Positions 37,269 to 50,400 of a stretch of DNA of 64,000 bases are shown here, one piece after another. Under the pieces are notes generated by a model. The model was not told the origin of the DNA and did no database searches. It saw nothing but the letters and a program-made list of their open reading frames with translations. The DNA comes from Clavelina lepadiformis. Its lineage: Eukaryota. The position numbers and the translations under genes were made by a program. The DNA lies in NCBI RefSeq assembly GCF_947623445.1, contig NC_135244.1, forward strand, positions 13,142,860-13,206,859. The letters are read 5' to 3'. The first letter of the stretch is position 1. Every line of letters begins with the position of its first letter.

Positions 37269-38235
37269 AAAGCAAGTTGCCTCCATATGAAATTGTGAAG
37301 CCAATGTCCAATTCAACAAAAGGAACAGATCATCATTCATGAACGAATACATTAATTTTCTAGTCTAGATACAGACATGCGAGACAGTTGTATCCAAATA
37401 ATTATGTCATCTTTTCCCAAATCCACTAGAAGCCTCATTCGCTAAAGTGCGAAATTTAATCAACCAACACCAACCGAACGCGTGTCGCACTTGCATCTTT
37501 TAGGGTTGGAGTACGATCTACTCAGTCTATTTGTCAAGTGCACGTTGCTCCGCTGACAACGTCGTTTTGGTCTGATTGTGTTGGAATAATTGAATGTTGT
37601 CTTCCATTGTGCTTTAACTTGGCATAAGTTTATCACTGAATCGCCTGCAATAACTGGTACTTTAATGTTTCACAAAACTGTAACATTGCAACATGGATTC
37701 AGAGCATCAACTTCTCAAGTTCGCTTGTTGCAAAAGTATAAGCCTAAATTATCAAACATTTTGCAATTTCTGCTTTCATGTGTTTTTTACCTATTGTAAA
37801 AGCCTAGTAACCTAAAGCTAACCTCAATCTCCCCTGTATTCTAAATCTAACTGAAATTAAGCAGTAAACAGTTTAAATCGACCTTTTGCCTACCTAGCTT
37901 ATTCTCCCAACCTAGCCGCCTATGGCTTACCTGGTGTAACTATGAAATAACTACGAAATAAAATTCCCTTTCTATATAGGCTGCGCGACCTACTTAACAT
38001 GAAATAGTCAATCTGTTTTTACATTTTAAACTTATCGGTGCATGGCCTATATGGCCATGGGCCATGGCAGTATATACTATTTACTGTTATCATGTAGCCA
38101 ATAGCCTTATACGGATTTACACTAGTAGCTTAATTGCTTCCATATTAACCTATCGGATATTCAGATATTTAGGCTTGCCTAACTACTTTAAAATAGTGGA
38201 TTAATTATATAGGTTGGTTTACTGCTGGTAGAAAC

Positions 38236-38407
38236 ATGCAAACAAATCCAAGTGATTTACTGCGTTTTTATCAAAGCAAGGATAATGAAAGTTTGGAAAA
38301 AGCAATGTCAAAGTTATCTAAAGAATCCCTTAAACAGCTTTTAAGTACATGGGTTCCTGCCAATGTAAATGAAGATGGGATAAACCTGTTGAAAGCTTTG
38401 TTTTTAG
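38236..38407 (+). CDS. FANCI: FANCI exon 1
   Basis: ATG at 38236 (an alternative in-frame Met lies in ...KAMSKLS...). MQTNPSDLLRFYQSKDNESLEKAMSKLSKESLKQLLSTWVPANVNEDGINLLKALFL. Donor GTCAGT at 38408. Confidence 0.65.
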
Positions 38408-41400
38408 GTCAGTACCTTTTTTGGTTAATTGGCAGTTGGTATGGCATGGTATGATATTTTATATTGTAGTATAATTACAAAATTTGTTAAATTATCGTAT
38501 ATGTTTTTACTTTAACCGCAACTTTCCACAGGTTGGACAAATTGGTGGTGGCATGGTTTCTTTTTGGTGTTTTCAATTTTCTCTTCCATGAGATCATATT
38601 GGTTACTGAGCTTTGTAAATTTCCCGTGTAATTAAAAAGGGTGTGACAAAATGTTGCCATAGCGTAGTAACGGGGCATGTTGATATTACATAACTAGGTA
38701 ATGGCTTATCTCATTGCTTTATATTTTATTGAAGAGTAGTTTGGTGCAATTGTGGAAGCAAGAATGTGCGCTTTTCTTGTATCCGCTATCAAGTGGATGT
38801 TATGAGTGGGTGAATTGAGTGTAATAAAATTTGTTAAAGTATTTTTTCATTGGTTTTGCACGATTCGACCATTAACTTTGTACTGTCTTGAAAAAAATTT
38901 ACTTTAAGTTGTTTCTTCCATATTTTTAAATGTATAGGCCTATGTTTAACTTTACTGCCAAGTTCCAGCTATCGATGTTTCTTTTTTGTACTCACATCAC
39001 TAATGAAATCTTAGAGAGCAATGTTACTGGCGCATGGAATTGTTTGATCTGGAGTAACCTGTAGGCTATAGCCTACATATGCTTAGTCGCACCGTTGCGA
39101 GGTGGATAAGATTGAAAAAAAAATGTTTGGTATTTTTAACTATATTAGCTATGTAATACTCCATTCGCTTGTATAGGGAGCATTGCACAAACCCATGAAA
39201 TCGACAAAGAAGCCTTTAACTAGGCTAAGCCTAACTACGGATAAGTGAATGACATTAAAAAGTTGCCCGACAGAGTAGTATGATATGATATCACAAACTT
39301 TATTCTCAGACTGAGGAAATCTTTCCACAAATTAAACTCGGTGATGATTCTCATCGCTCGAGCCTCGGCTACCATTCTAATAACAGAGTTGATGTCAAAA
39401 ATGTGTAAACTTTAATTACGCAGACCGTCGCTAAATTTCTTGCGCAAATCGCCAGACTTATATTCATTCATTCCAAGTACGGTAGTATGTAACAATTTTG
39501 CACGATAGAAATTGGTACAGCATATAAGCTGACTGTTGCTTTAGTGGGCTTATAGGTCTACAGTACTTTTGGGTTTTTCAAAGAACGAAGTTAAACAAAT
39601 CTGCTGCTGAATGCTGGGTTATTTAGGACTTAGGATTGTTATAGTTACATTGAATTGCGTTTTGTTGATATTGTTGCAACTCACTAGATATGAAATCTTT
39701 AGATTCGAAATTCTACATTTGCTATCTCTACTCTAGAAACCATTAGGATTCTACTTTTGCTATCCCTAGACTGACATAACAAAGTGACCTTGTCCGTTGT
39801 CACTCTGAAAAGCTGTGTATGAACTCATGATCCCTTCTGGTCTGTTGTTGTAGTTTTCTTTTGTGTTACATATTATATGTTGGCAATTTTATAACATTGT
39901 ACTGATGTCATATAGGCTATATTGTATTTTTGTGCAAATATTTTATTTAGGTCAAAAAGGACTTCCTGACACGATTAATGTGGTAGATGTGTATAAAGAG
40001 TGCTTTCTTCTCTTGCAAATCCTGGGTTTCAACAAAAGTTTTATTACTGAAGTTATTTGCATATTAAACAATGAGGTATACATTTTAGAAATTCAATGCA
40101 TTGTTGGTAGTTTTATAGGTTTTGCTTATAATTATTATTGTTAAAAACAGGAAATAAAGCACTGATAACGTTATAATATCATCAGATCTGCACGAGGATT
40201 CCGTAGGAATAAGGGCTATTTCTGACAACTAGCACAATAATATATAAATAAATATAATAATAATAAATCAATTTTATAATAATTAGTTGATGTTCGAAAG
40301 TTCGTGTAGAAAAATATAAATGAAGTTAACCTTTAGAGTGCCAGACTATGTCTTGTTTTTTATTTAATTATAATCATTAGTGATATATATTTAATTTATT
40401 CAATATATATATATCTGTAATTTATAATTGTTTTTTTTTTTTTTTTTTGGCAAGATAGATCAGGAATGTTGCTAAAAAAATTAAGTCGACCCAAATTTTC
40501 AAAACCTTGTCTTGCAATTTGACAGAGAGTTGATGAAAAATGAAACAGAATGAACTATTGCTGTTGGAAATTGATATATACCATAGTCATTATCAAGACA
40601 TTTTCATGCATTTCTGATCTTTTACCCAGATCTCAAATTGTTTTATTGGTTGTTTCGAGAACGTAGTAAAAACTGTATGATGTGGTGTGACAGGGCAATA
40701 CTAAAGTCATGTAAAGACTTTCTTCAGTTTTAGTAAATCTAATTAAATCAAATTGCACGCATAAATTTTACTCGTAATTCAATATAAATACCAGATGTGT
40801 ACGCAAACAATAACCATGAAATTACATACGGCCAAACTAACGTGCGGATCTAATACAGGTATCAAAAGGGCTTAGTGACGATCCCAAAAGCAAGAATTTC
40901 ATTGATTATTATAAATGTAGTTATTATTTTGTCAGCAGTCGGATTGTTACATTTTAATGGCAACATGGCATGACAATGTGTCCTTGTTAATAGACAAGAG
41001 TTTGGCTAATAAATATTACACTTATCATTACAGTAAACATCAAACCGATTTCTAAAAATTGAAAGGGAACTGTTTTGCAGTGTTAAAAGTGTTTTAACCG
41101 CCGCAATCAATAAAATGTTAGTTCATTAATTGAGAAATTGCAGCAGTTTTTGTTGGTGGTTATGTCAGTGCTGCTGTTGCACATTTTTTTCTGTTTTTTG
41201 AACTGTTGCCATTTTACCCATTTTCCTACCTATCCTCTAATAAAAGTTAGTTCTTGTTCGAGAGCATTAAGTTCTGGTCTTTGTTTGTTCTTGATCAGCG
41301 TCAGTGAAGAAAATGCCGATTCACACGAGTAAGTTATGGCAAATGGTAATATGATGCGGCACATCGGAGACCCTCTGCCGGCACAGTTTGAGAAACCCTG

Positions 41401-44400
41401 GGCTAGATTACTGTACTGCATGTGGAAAACTTTTCACACAAACTTAAACCTTAATTTGGCGTTAAGGAAAACTTCCTTTGAGTTAGACACCCTTAATATA
41501 GGTATTATTATTTTACTTAAAATAATAATCTTTTCTAGATCAATGACATTTCTTTGATTGATCTGGTTGAGTTATGTTTCATTGTTATAAATATGGTTCA
41601 AAATGATGATATTGGTGATGGAAAACTACTTGCTGTATTTCAAAAGGTTCGATGACTTATTTATGATACTCCAAAATGGTACACTACATTTATACTAAAC
41701 ATAAGTAATCAATTATGTTTGTGTTGTGCAATTTGTACCACACAATCTGACTTTATATGTGCGTTTGTAACTAAATGTTTTTATTATTAGATACTGGTTA
41801 CTGTGCAACAATGTGGAAGTGTCAAGCACTACAAGTTTGATGGCAGCATGAGTGGAGCTGAATTCAAACAACAACTTACAAAAGACTTGTGTTCATTTCG
41901 CTGGCCTTGTGGTTCTGTCATCCACTTGACAAGCATGTTCAGGTTTGTTCTTAAATGTGAATATGTTGCTTTTTGACATATGTCAAGGTATTTGACAGGT
42001 TTGGTGACACTTAATCACGCGACACTTAATCACGCGACGCTTAATCACCGACACATAATCACTAGGACATTTAATCACGCGACACTTAATCACGCGACAC
42101 ATAATCACTAGGACATTTAATCACGCGACATTTAATCACACATTTACAGTATCGAAAATTGCATGTCTACACACGAAAAAACAAATATAAACCTGAAAAG
42201 AAATTGTTAAAATGATTAAACATTGCTTGCGCAGATAAGGCTACCGTACACACTAGGTAACAATGTCATGCATAGGAAATGTAAGCAACTGCACGAAGAT
42301 AAACTAAAATCTCGCTTGACAGATAACGGTCAACTGTGTTTTGCACGCGCAGTTTCAGTGCCTTGTACCGCATTGGAATAGAAGGTTGAGTACCAGGAAT
42401 TCCTTTGCAGAAACGTTGCACGTTGCATTTGAATGTCTTTTTCAATTCCCTGTATGAAAGTCCACAATGTCGGGTGGTGGCATTGAAAAAGCACTTGGGG
42501 ACCAAAATGCCAACCTTCGACTGCATTTGTGGTTCTTGCAATGCAACCTGCCCCGGCTTCGTAATGATTCCAACTTTCGATTGGAAAGATGGCTGAGCCG
42601 TAATTTTCACCACGTCCCGGACGTCGTCTGCCTCTGATATATGTGTGTTCGAAATACGAAAGCAGCTCAGGCATCTTCTCGTGATCGGGCATGCTATCAG
42701 CTAAGATCAGAAATGACTCGACTACGTCAGAGGAAGGGACCATGGCTAAGGCTGGTAAACACCGAACAGCTGTTCTTAATTCGTCATTAGACTCGTAGTC
42801 ACATTTCATGCCAATTTCATTAACTTTGCGCAGGACGCTTTGCGTTAGGTGAAAATAACAACTCCTAACATTTGCTGTAGGAAATGCAGTGCGGAAAGCA
42901 CTTACTGCGGCAGTCTCAAAATCGAGCAAAACGCATTCCGAGCTTGAATTACTGAATTTTCCTCACGCTTTTCCGACATTCGTTCTCTACAAAATAAATT
43001 CAGGCTATTCAGTACTCTGTTTGATGTGGATGCCAATACCATTCCCGAAAAATTTCAAATGGACCTTATTCAAGTGTGAATACATATATTTTGTTCTTTT
43101 TGTGATTGGTATGATTGAGATTGCAGCAATGTAGCGTAATATACTGAAGTGAGTGTGAATTATAGTATTAATGAAAATTCCGGCCCGCCAAAGAGTTGTA
43201 CAGTCGACATTTGGCCTGTGACTAGCAAAACGTTGCCGAACCCTGCTATAGACAAAGGCGCTGTCCAAGTGCTGTCGCATCCAAGTGATTATGTGTCGCG
43301 TGATTAAATGTCGCGTGTATAAGTATCCAAGTCGCGTGATTAAATGTCCTAGTGATTATGTGTCGCGTGATTAAATGTCCTAGTGATTATGCGTCGCGTG
43401 ATTAAGTGTCGGTACACCATTTGACATTCACGCAAAAAAGTGCCCACCTGTAGATACAGGTTTAATAATATTTCATTTAGAAGAAACAAGGGATGGGCCA
43501 GTTGCTTGTCGGCCATATCTAGAATTTTTTTAGAAAATTCGGCGAGTTTAGCAGTTTTTTTAAGATGAAATTACCATCAGCTGTTTACATTGCACATAAA
43601 ACATGTGGCTGATTGGGAATATTGTATTACACCAAGTGGTAACCTTTTAAAGTAATTTGTTTTAATGTAGTAACTGTCACTTGTCACTGTCAGTCATGTG
43701 TGGAGTCAATCTTGCAAGACAATTAGATTTCGGTAATGCATTTTATGCATGTATGTGTGAAATGGGTGTAGGTCTTTGTTTGGTTTGTGGCGTTAGAAAA
43801 GTGTTAAACGTTTGTTTCCTGGAAAACTTGTTGTATGAGCTTGACCATGAAGCTAGTGTAGGCAATTACTGTGTCATTGTCCATTTCAACCAAGTTTTTT
43901 CTTCTGCCGAGTGATGCCATACTGTTTTTTGCCTACATTGAATAAATTGATGCTTCATACTGAAAACATTAACCACCTTCTCATCGAGGAATTGATGTAA
44001 AAAATAGTGATCCTATTTAGGAGGAGGTCGTTAGTCCGATTAAAAGTGTCGTAACTCAGAACAGGCAAGAGAAGGTCTTGTGTAAGCAAACAAGTTGTTT
44101 GTCAACTAAAAAAATAGAACATTACAGTTGCTTTCATCATCAATTTTACCAACTTGGAACTTGCCCTCTCTACACATAAGTAATTGAGGGGGCAAAGAAG
44201 AAGATTTCTTCAGATAATTCCTTCGTGCTTCCTGTTACAAGCTTTGTTTCAGCGTGACAAATGTCTAAGTTTTACAATATCTGTACAAAATTCATCTCCT
44301 ATTTGCAAATAATTAATCTAATGGCCAAAAAAATCTGTCCGATCTGGTACACGCGACGCGTGAAAAAAGCGTAGCAAACAATTGGTACGCTGCCTTATAA

Positions 44401-47400
44401 TTAAGATGAATGATTTTATCCAAGAAAGAAAAAATTGTTTAACCTCAAAATCATCTTCTTAATTCTGTGAAAGATCAAGAAATATTGCCAGATTTTGCAG
44501 ACTTTATTTCATAATTTAGTACAAACCAGACTCCAAAAAGAGTTCAAAATCTTGCCAGATTGTATTTTTTCAAGTTCAGGCCCATCCCTAGAATGAACCC
44601 CATCAAATTCTTGGTTATCCCAACCTCTTACTACTAACTGTTACTACCTCTTACTACCTACTGTTTTTTGTATTTGATATTATTTTGCAGGGAAATTTAT
44701 CTTAATCCATCTGAGGCAGATATAGTCACTGCAAAATTGCTCGAAGAACTTAACGGCATCAACGCCCAGGATATTCCTCCTTTTATATTTCAGCTTGTAG
44801 GTTTTGCTAGCGCTTACAACAAATTTCAAACAGTACTTTGGGGAATTTTAAGCCACTTTAATGCTTTAGAATTACAAGCAAATACAGGATCACACACAGG
44901 TATCAAAGCAGTTCAAGTGATTGTAATCTCATCCTTTGTTTAAACTTTTCAGCAATAAAACAACATAAATACTTTTTAAAGACCCAATTGAAATGGACTC
45001 TGGACTCAACAAGGTTATTAACCATCTTGAATTAAAAAGCATGGAAGGCACTGTTCTCATTTATTTTGGAAATGCTATTCGACAGAATCAGTTAATTGGA
45101 AAAGGGTTTTTGAAGATTATGAAAGTTAGTAAAATTCAAATACAGTAAAGCTTGTTAACCTGATTTGCATAGTTAGAATTTTGAATAATTCAAAAGTGAT
45201 TTAACCAGTTGCAAGAAATCTATTACAATGCATGTAATTTGTAAACACTTACCAATAACTTGAACTCCAAGTGTCTGTATGGTTATTTCAAAATTAATTG
45301 AAAAATCTTTCACTGTAAACACAAGCACTGAATTAATTTCATTGATGGATTCTTATAGACTAAAAACATTAAAAAGGTTGTTCTGTGTTATGTACTTTAA
45401 TGCCTCTTGACCTTAAAACTCTCCACTGGACTCGAGCGTTTAACATTTAAGGAGGTGTATGAATTTCAAAAAAGGGTAAATTTCTTTGTTTATTTTTTAT
45501 GTAGTAAAATGCAATTACTTGAAAACTGCACCATGGGGATCCTGAATGTTTGCGTGTCAACTAGGCTTGCCTGATACCAACTTCTACTAAAATATGACGA
45601 AAATCACTATCTCTAGTTTACGTTATGTAGGCCCAAAGCCAAAAGTGTATTTATTAGTCTAAGAACACACATTTTCCTCTTTTTCATGCCCTTTTTTAAC
45701 TAACTTATGCATTTGACCTGGAACTTTGAAACACGCCAACTGCTAGGGGAATTTCCAGGCTAAAAAACAACACCAACCATGCTGAGAGCTTAACAGAATC
45801 AGAGAAATCTTATATAGAAACCTAATAGCACCCTGGCAATGCTTTTTTCAAAAACATAACTCATTAATTTGACCTACCACATGAGTAAAAAGCCAAAAAT
45901 TCCAAAGCGACAGACATTTTTACATCACAATGAAATTATCTCTTGCAATACTCTAATGTAGCATGCCAAAAATTTCCGATTTAACCCATTTACCAGCAGA
46001 TAGAAATCATAGTTCTGTCATCAAATGCATTTATTGCAGTACCAAAGCAAAAATTGATTACTGAAAAACGTGATTCGTGAGTGAAAACAATTGAGGAAGC
46101 CTTTACAACTAGCCCCATGTTGACTATGGTTTATTTTGCTTTGCTGATATTGAGACTTGGTAGTTGTTAGATGAACCTTGGTTGGTTTCAGTTATGCTCA
46201 CGATTCCTTGTCCTGCACACAAATAATAAATGAATGAATGAATGAATGAATTAATAGATAAACTAACTAACATGCCCTAATACAAAGCATTTTGCTACAT
46301 AACAATCAGCAGATAAAAACAAATAAAAAATTGCCCATGTTCTGCAACCTACATTTATTAAATTTATCCTTATCATTTGATGTGCAACACCAGAAATAGT
46401 TTGCACTCAGCTATATGAGCTAGGTATGGCCGGAACACCAAAGAAGTTGACCTTTGGATGAAAGTGAATGCTATGTTCAAGCCATCCATTCATTCAATCC
46501 ACAAGTTCTATTAATAATAACATGAAAACACCTGACTTGAACAGGTTTTGCATGGAAGCACCACGAAACCAATCAAGCAGTGCAAACCTCAGACCTCTGT
46601 GCAAACACAGATTACAACAACCAAAATACTCCAAACTCTACAGCAGGGGTGTTCAAATGATTTCTGCCATGATCCACCACAACCAAACCTGACAACATGA
46701 TGATCCACTAAATACGAATAGTAAATATATTGGACATGCTTTAATTTTTATGGTGCTTTATTCATGAAAATGTACCCTACAACATAATAATAACTTTGTA
46801 AAAGTCAAAAGTCTCCTTGACTTCAATCAACACCTGGTCATGCAAATCCTCAGCGATATCAGTGCATCTCCGTGTACATGTCAATCTGGAGAGCGGAAGA
46901 GTTGTCATGCTAGTGATCACTTCTTTCTTACTTGGATGCATGATTTTTACTGCTTCAACAATGCATTCTTTAACGACTTCAGCATGACTGTATGTCATCA
47001 TCCGCTTGCCCAGAATGTGATTGATGCTGAGTGTTGCTTCTGTGGCTTTTGATTGCTCAGACACAAATGTTGAGAGACATTGTCTCTGTGAGCTGGCAGA
47101 CTCATCTAAACAAGCAACTTTCTGTTTTCTGGCCCATGAGCCAGGCTTGTATTTCTTATTAAAATGTTTATGATGAGTAAAGAAATGTCGTTTGATGTTT
47201 TGACTCTTTATCATGCTTAGAGTGCAGTCACACAACAAACATTTGGGTTTATTGCCTGGGTTGAGCACAAACAAGTACTCTTCAGTCCATTCACTATTGA
47301 ATTGTCTGTTTTCTGAATCAATTCTGCGCTTCTTACTGGCCATGTTAATAATACCTCTAATGATGCGAGAAAGGGAACAGAATGGCAGCCTCAAACTTTT

Positions 47401-50400
47401 TTTTCTGTTCAATATTCAATGCTTTCTTGCCTTTGTGTTTCTAATTGAACAAATGTCTGCGTATCGACCAACAAACAATGTCTGCGTATTGACAGCCACG
47501 TGTTAACCCTATCCTAACCGGGCTCGCGACTTTACTATTTTAACTAGGTTGTGGCCGACCCTGCACACACATTTTCAATCGTTAATTACTTGAAAACTAT
47601 ACGTCGTAAACTGATCGGATTTTTACATGTTAGTCGCAAAAACATCTGGCTTCCTGTATATATCATAATTGTAAAATTAAAGAAAGAACATTTAGTGTAA
47701 ATTAAGTATTTCTACAAGTGATACATTTCTAGAAGTTTTTCTTGTTTCGCCGCGGCCCCCCGCTGTGCAGAAAACCAGCTGACCGCGCGAAGAGAAGACA
47801 AGAGAATAGTTAGTTAGTCGAGTTAGTGGTGCGTAAATGAGTAAACGAAAACAATACGCTTCAATGCTGAGAGGGAGCAAAATTATGCTATAATAAATTC
47901 AAAAAATTAATTTCAACACTGACAATTAGTATCCACATGAAAATACTGTAAAAAGTTTTTTTTTCAAGGCTACATTTGAAGATCCACACAAAAAGTTGAA
48001 AAGATCCGGATCCGGATCGCGATCCGCCATTTGAACAACCCCGCTCTACAGTATACATATTTTAAGACTAGAACCATCCTTGCATGCAATATTTCTGGGT
48101 TTAATAGGACAGTAGTTATGTTTATTGTGGCTCAGTTGTTTACTCCACCTCTTGCAAAGTTTAGCATAGATGAAGTATGGATAATAAAAGTAAAATATCT
48201 GCAAATATTTTCCATAAGCTTTCAATAGTTTGAATTTGAAATAAATCAAACTTACTGAGTTGATTTATTAAATGGTATTTTCAAACCAATAGATGTTGAA
48301 ATGAAAGAAATGACTGACCTGACTAGTGGTGGAATTGAAAAAATTTAACTTCTGCATCCAACGCACAGAATTAGTGCCACTGATTCCAAAATGGCCTGCA
48401 TCGGATGCGATAATGGTTTTCAAGGAAATTGAGGCATCACCGTGAGTCAGTTGCTGCGTCTCACCAGTGATGTCTGCTTTCAAGCAGGAATCATACGTAT
48501 CGTCATCATACAAGCTCTACAAGCAAAACACAACAAACCCAAGGAGAAAAGCACTAAACCTTTAGGTTACGACGGCTGTGCTGGGTAATAGTGTAAGAAT
48601 CATGCAGGTGATTCTCAATTTTATGGATTTGCCCAGCCCATGCACATTATCTTTAACAAATCTCTCCAAAGAAACAGTGAGCGTTTACGAATACTACAAT
48701 GAAATGTCAATGTCTGGAATAGAGGAAGGGCTACAAAGCCGAAAAAAGCATGTGGGAGAAAAGCCTTCTGTACTTAATTCACTGCAAGCAGAAAGTCAAT
48801 ACAACACCTCAGCATCGATCATCAACAAACCTGGACAACTTGCATCTCAATTAACCGGTGCAGTGGCTGGGAATATGACTCCTTGCCGAAGGGCATCCTT
48901 TGTGGCAAATCAAACAAAGGAGTGGAAATATTGCAAACACCATGAGCATCCCAGTAAAGTGTACATCCCAGAACTTGCGCCTATTGGAAATAAAGAAGAC
49001 ATTGGCAAGGAAGGGAGTGGTCAAACTCATCCATTAAAAAAAGATGACTGCACAACTCACCGGTTCAAAGTACTTTCCAAAGCCATGAAGAAACTTGCAC
49101 TAAGTGTCAAAAGGTTCTGCCATGAAACCAGCTCTAAGCAATGAGATAGAAATGCGACTTCTCTTGCACGTGAATCAAATCTTATACTCCAAAAAGAGTT
49201 TTGTGCTGCACTCAAAAAATATCCAAACATTGCAGAAAACTTATTCTGACAAATGAACGTTGTTACTGAAACCTGTCTCTTGTGCTTGCATGGTGATCAC
49301 ACCCAAAGCCACTTGAGTTTGGTCTGTAACAGTCCAAAGGTGACATACAAGCCGGCATGCTTTCAGCCTTCAACTTTGTTGCGTCTAAACAGCAATGATA
49401 AACAGTTGTGGAAAGCTATCATTAACAATTTATCTCCAAGAACAACATTGTTACAATGGTACATAATAAAACCACCAATAAAGTCGAATTGCTAAATTTT
49501 TTCTTGAGACAGGTGATACCTAAAGGAAAAAATTACTGAAGTTCTGCAACGGGCAGAGCGTCTAGAGCCATATTTTAAAGGAATGAAGGTCTTGTGTTTG
49601 CATTTATGGCAGTATCAGAATTTCCTGAGCCGAGCCATGACAATGGGTAAGAACACTACAGAATCTGGCAAAAGATAGAGCAGTGAACATAAGCGATGGA
49701 GTTCATATCATATAAGGCAACATAGATCAGCAAGAAAACGGCTGTTGTCGTATACGAAGGAAAACCAGCCAGAAATTTATGCCAGCAACTCGAACATCAA
49801 GAACTATAAAGGTATGAAGATGCTGGTGTATTAAGCAGTGATATTTTTGACTAATGTACTGAAGTTTTAAATCTGTATGGCTAACAAACACAATTACTGT
49901 ACGAGTTCTGCCCATTACAACTTCTACTCTCTTGCTTGACTGATCTTGGCTCAAGTGAGAAGGTTCGACACACAACTTTTGTGGTGAGTATCTTATTATT
50001 CGAATTCTGACCTCACCAAACTTTCTTGCACAAACACCATGTATGATACAACATGAACGCCGAGAACTTTTTTGTGTACTCTCAAAGCACCCTACCCATT
50101 CCTCCCTGTCACACAGAAAATAATCAACTGTCTTACACTTACCCATTATTCTATGTTGCAGTACTGCAACAGTCGTTGTAACTATGATTTTTACAACGTG
50201 TACCACTGTGTACAATGAAAATTGATCTGCTCTCATTGTGCTACAGTATTATTGGTCTATCTATCTGCCCGATTGGAAAGTTTGCTAAGTGCTTGGGGGC
50301 TTAAAGTTATTTGCACGTATAATTGCTAGTGTATCATTTTTACACAGTTCATTTCTCACCAAAACAACAAACTTTCCAGTCTGGGTTATCTTTTACAACA

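Larger units (their letters stand above)
41997..43418 (-). mobile_element. Mutator-like (MULE) DNA transposon remnant with long TIRs built of 19-bp tandem subrepeats, in FANCI intron 4
   Basis: Left TIR about 41997-42142 and right TIR about 43283-43418, each 6-7 copies of GACA(C/T)TTAATCACGCGAC-like units in inverse orientation. Outer ends GGT.T..GACACTT. Flanking direct ATTTGAC at 41990-96 and 43419-25 (putative TSD). Internal minus-strand ORF carries the MULE transposase domain. Confidence 0.7.

Noticed and set aside
40426-40448. Poly-T run (about 23 nt)
   Set aside because: Simple sequence in a FANCI intron. Not a terminator in this eukaryotic context.
42266-42613. 115-aa minus-strand ORF overlapping the MULE transposase ORF
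   Set aside because: Alternative frame of the same region with no recognisable motif. Likely chance or a frameshifted remnant.
42001-43400. Regularly spaced 19-bp direct repeats (possible CRISPR-like array)
   Set aside because: Eukaryotic intronic DNA. The units are contiguous with no spacers, occur as two inverted blocks flanking a MULE transposase, and are therefore TIR subrepeats.
43490-44588. Possible 1.1-kb element bounded by inverted GGGATGGGCC
   Set aside because: Only about 10 bp of inverted identity and no TSD or coding signal.
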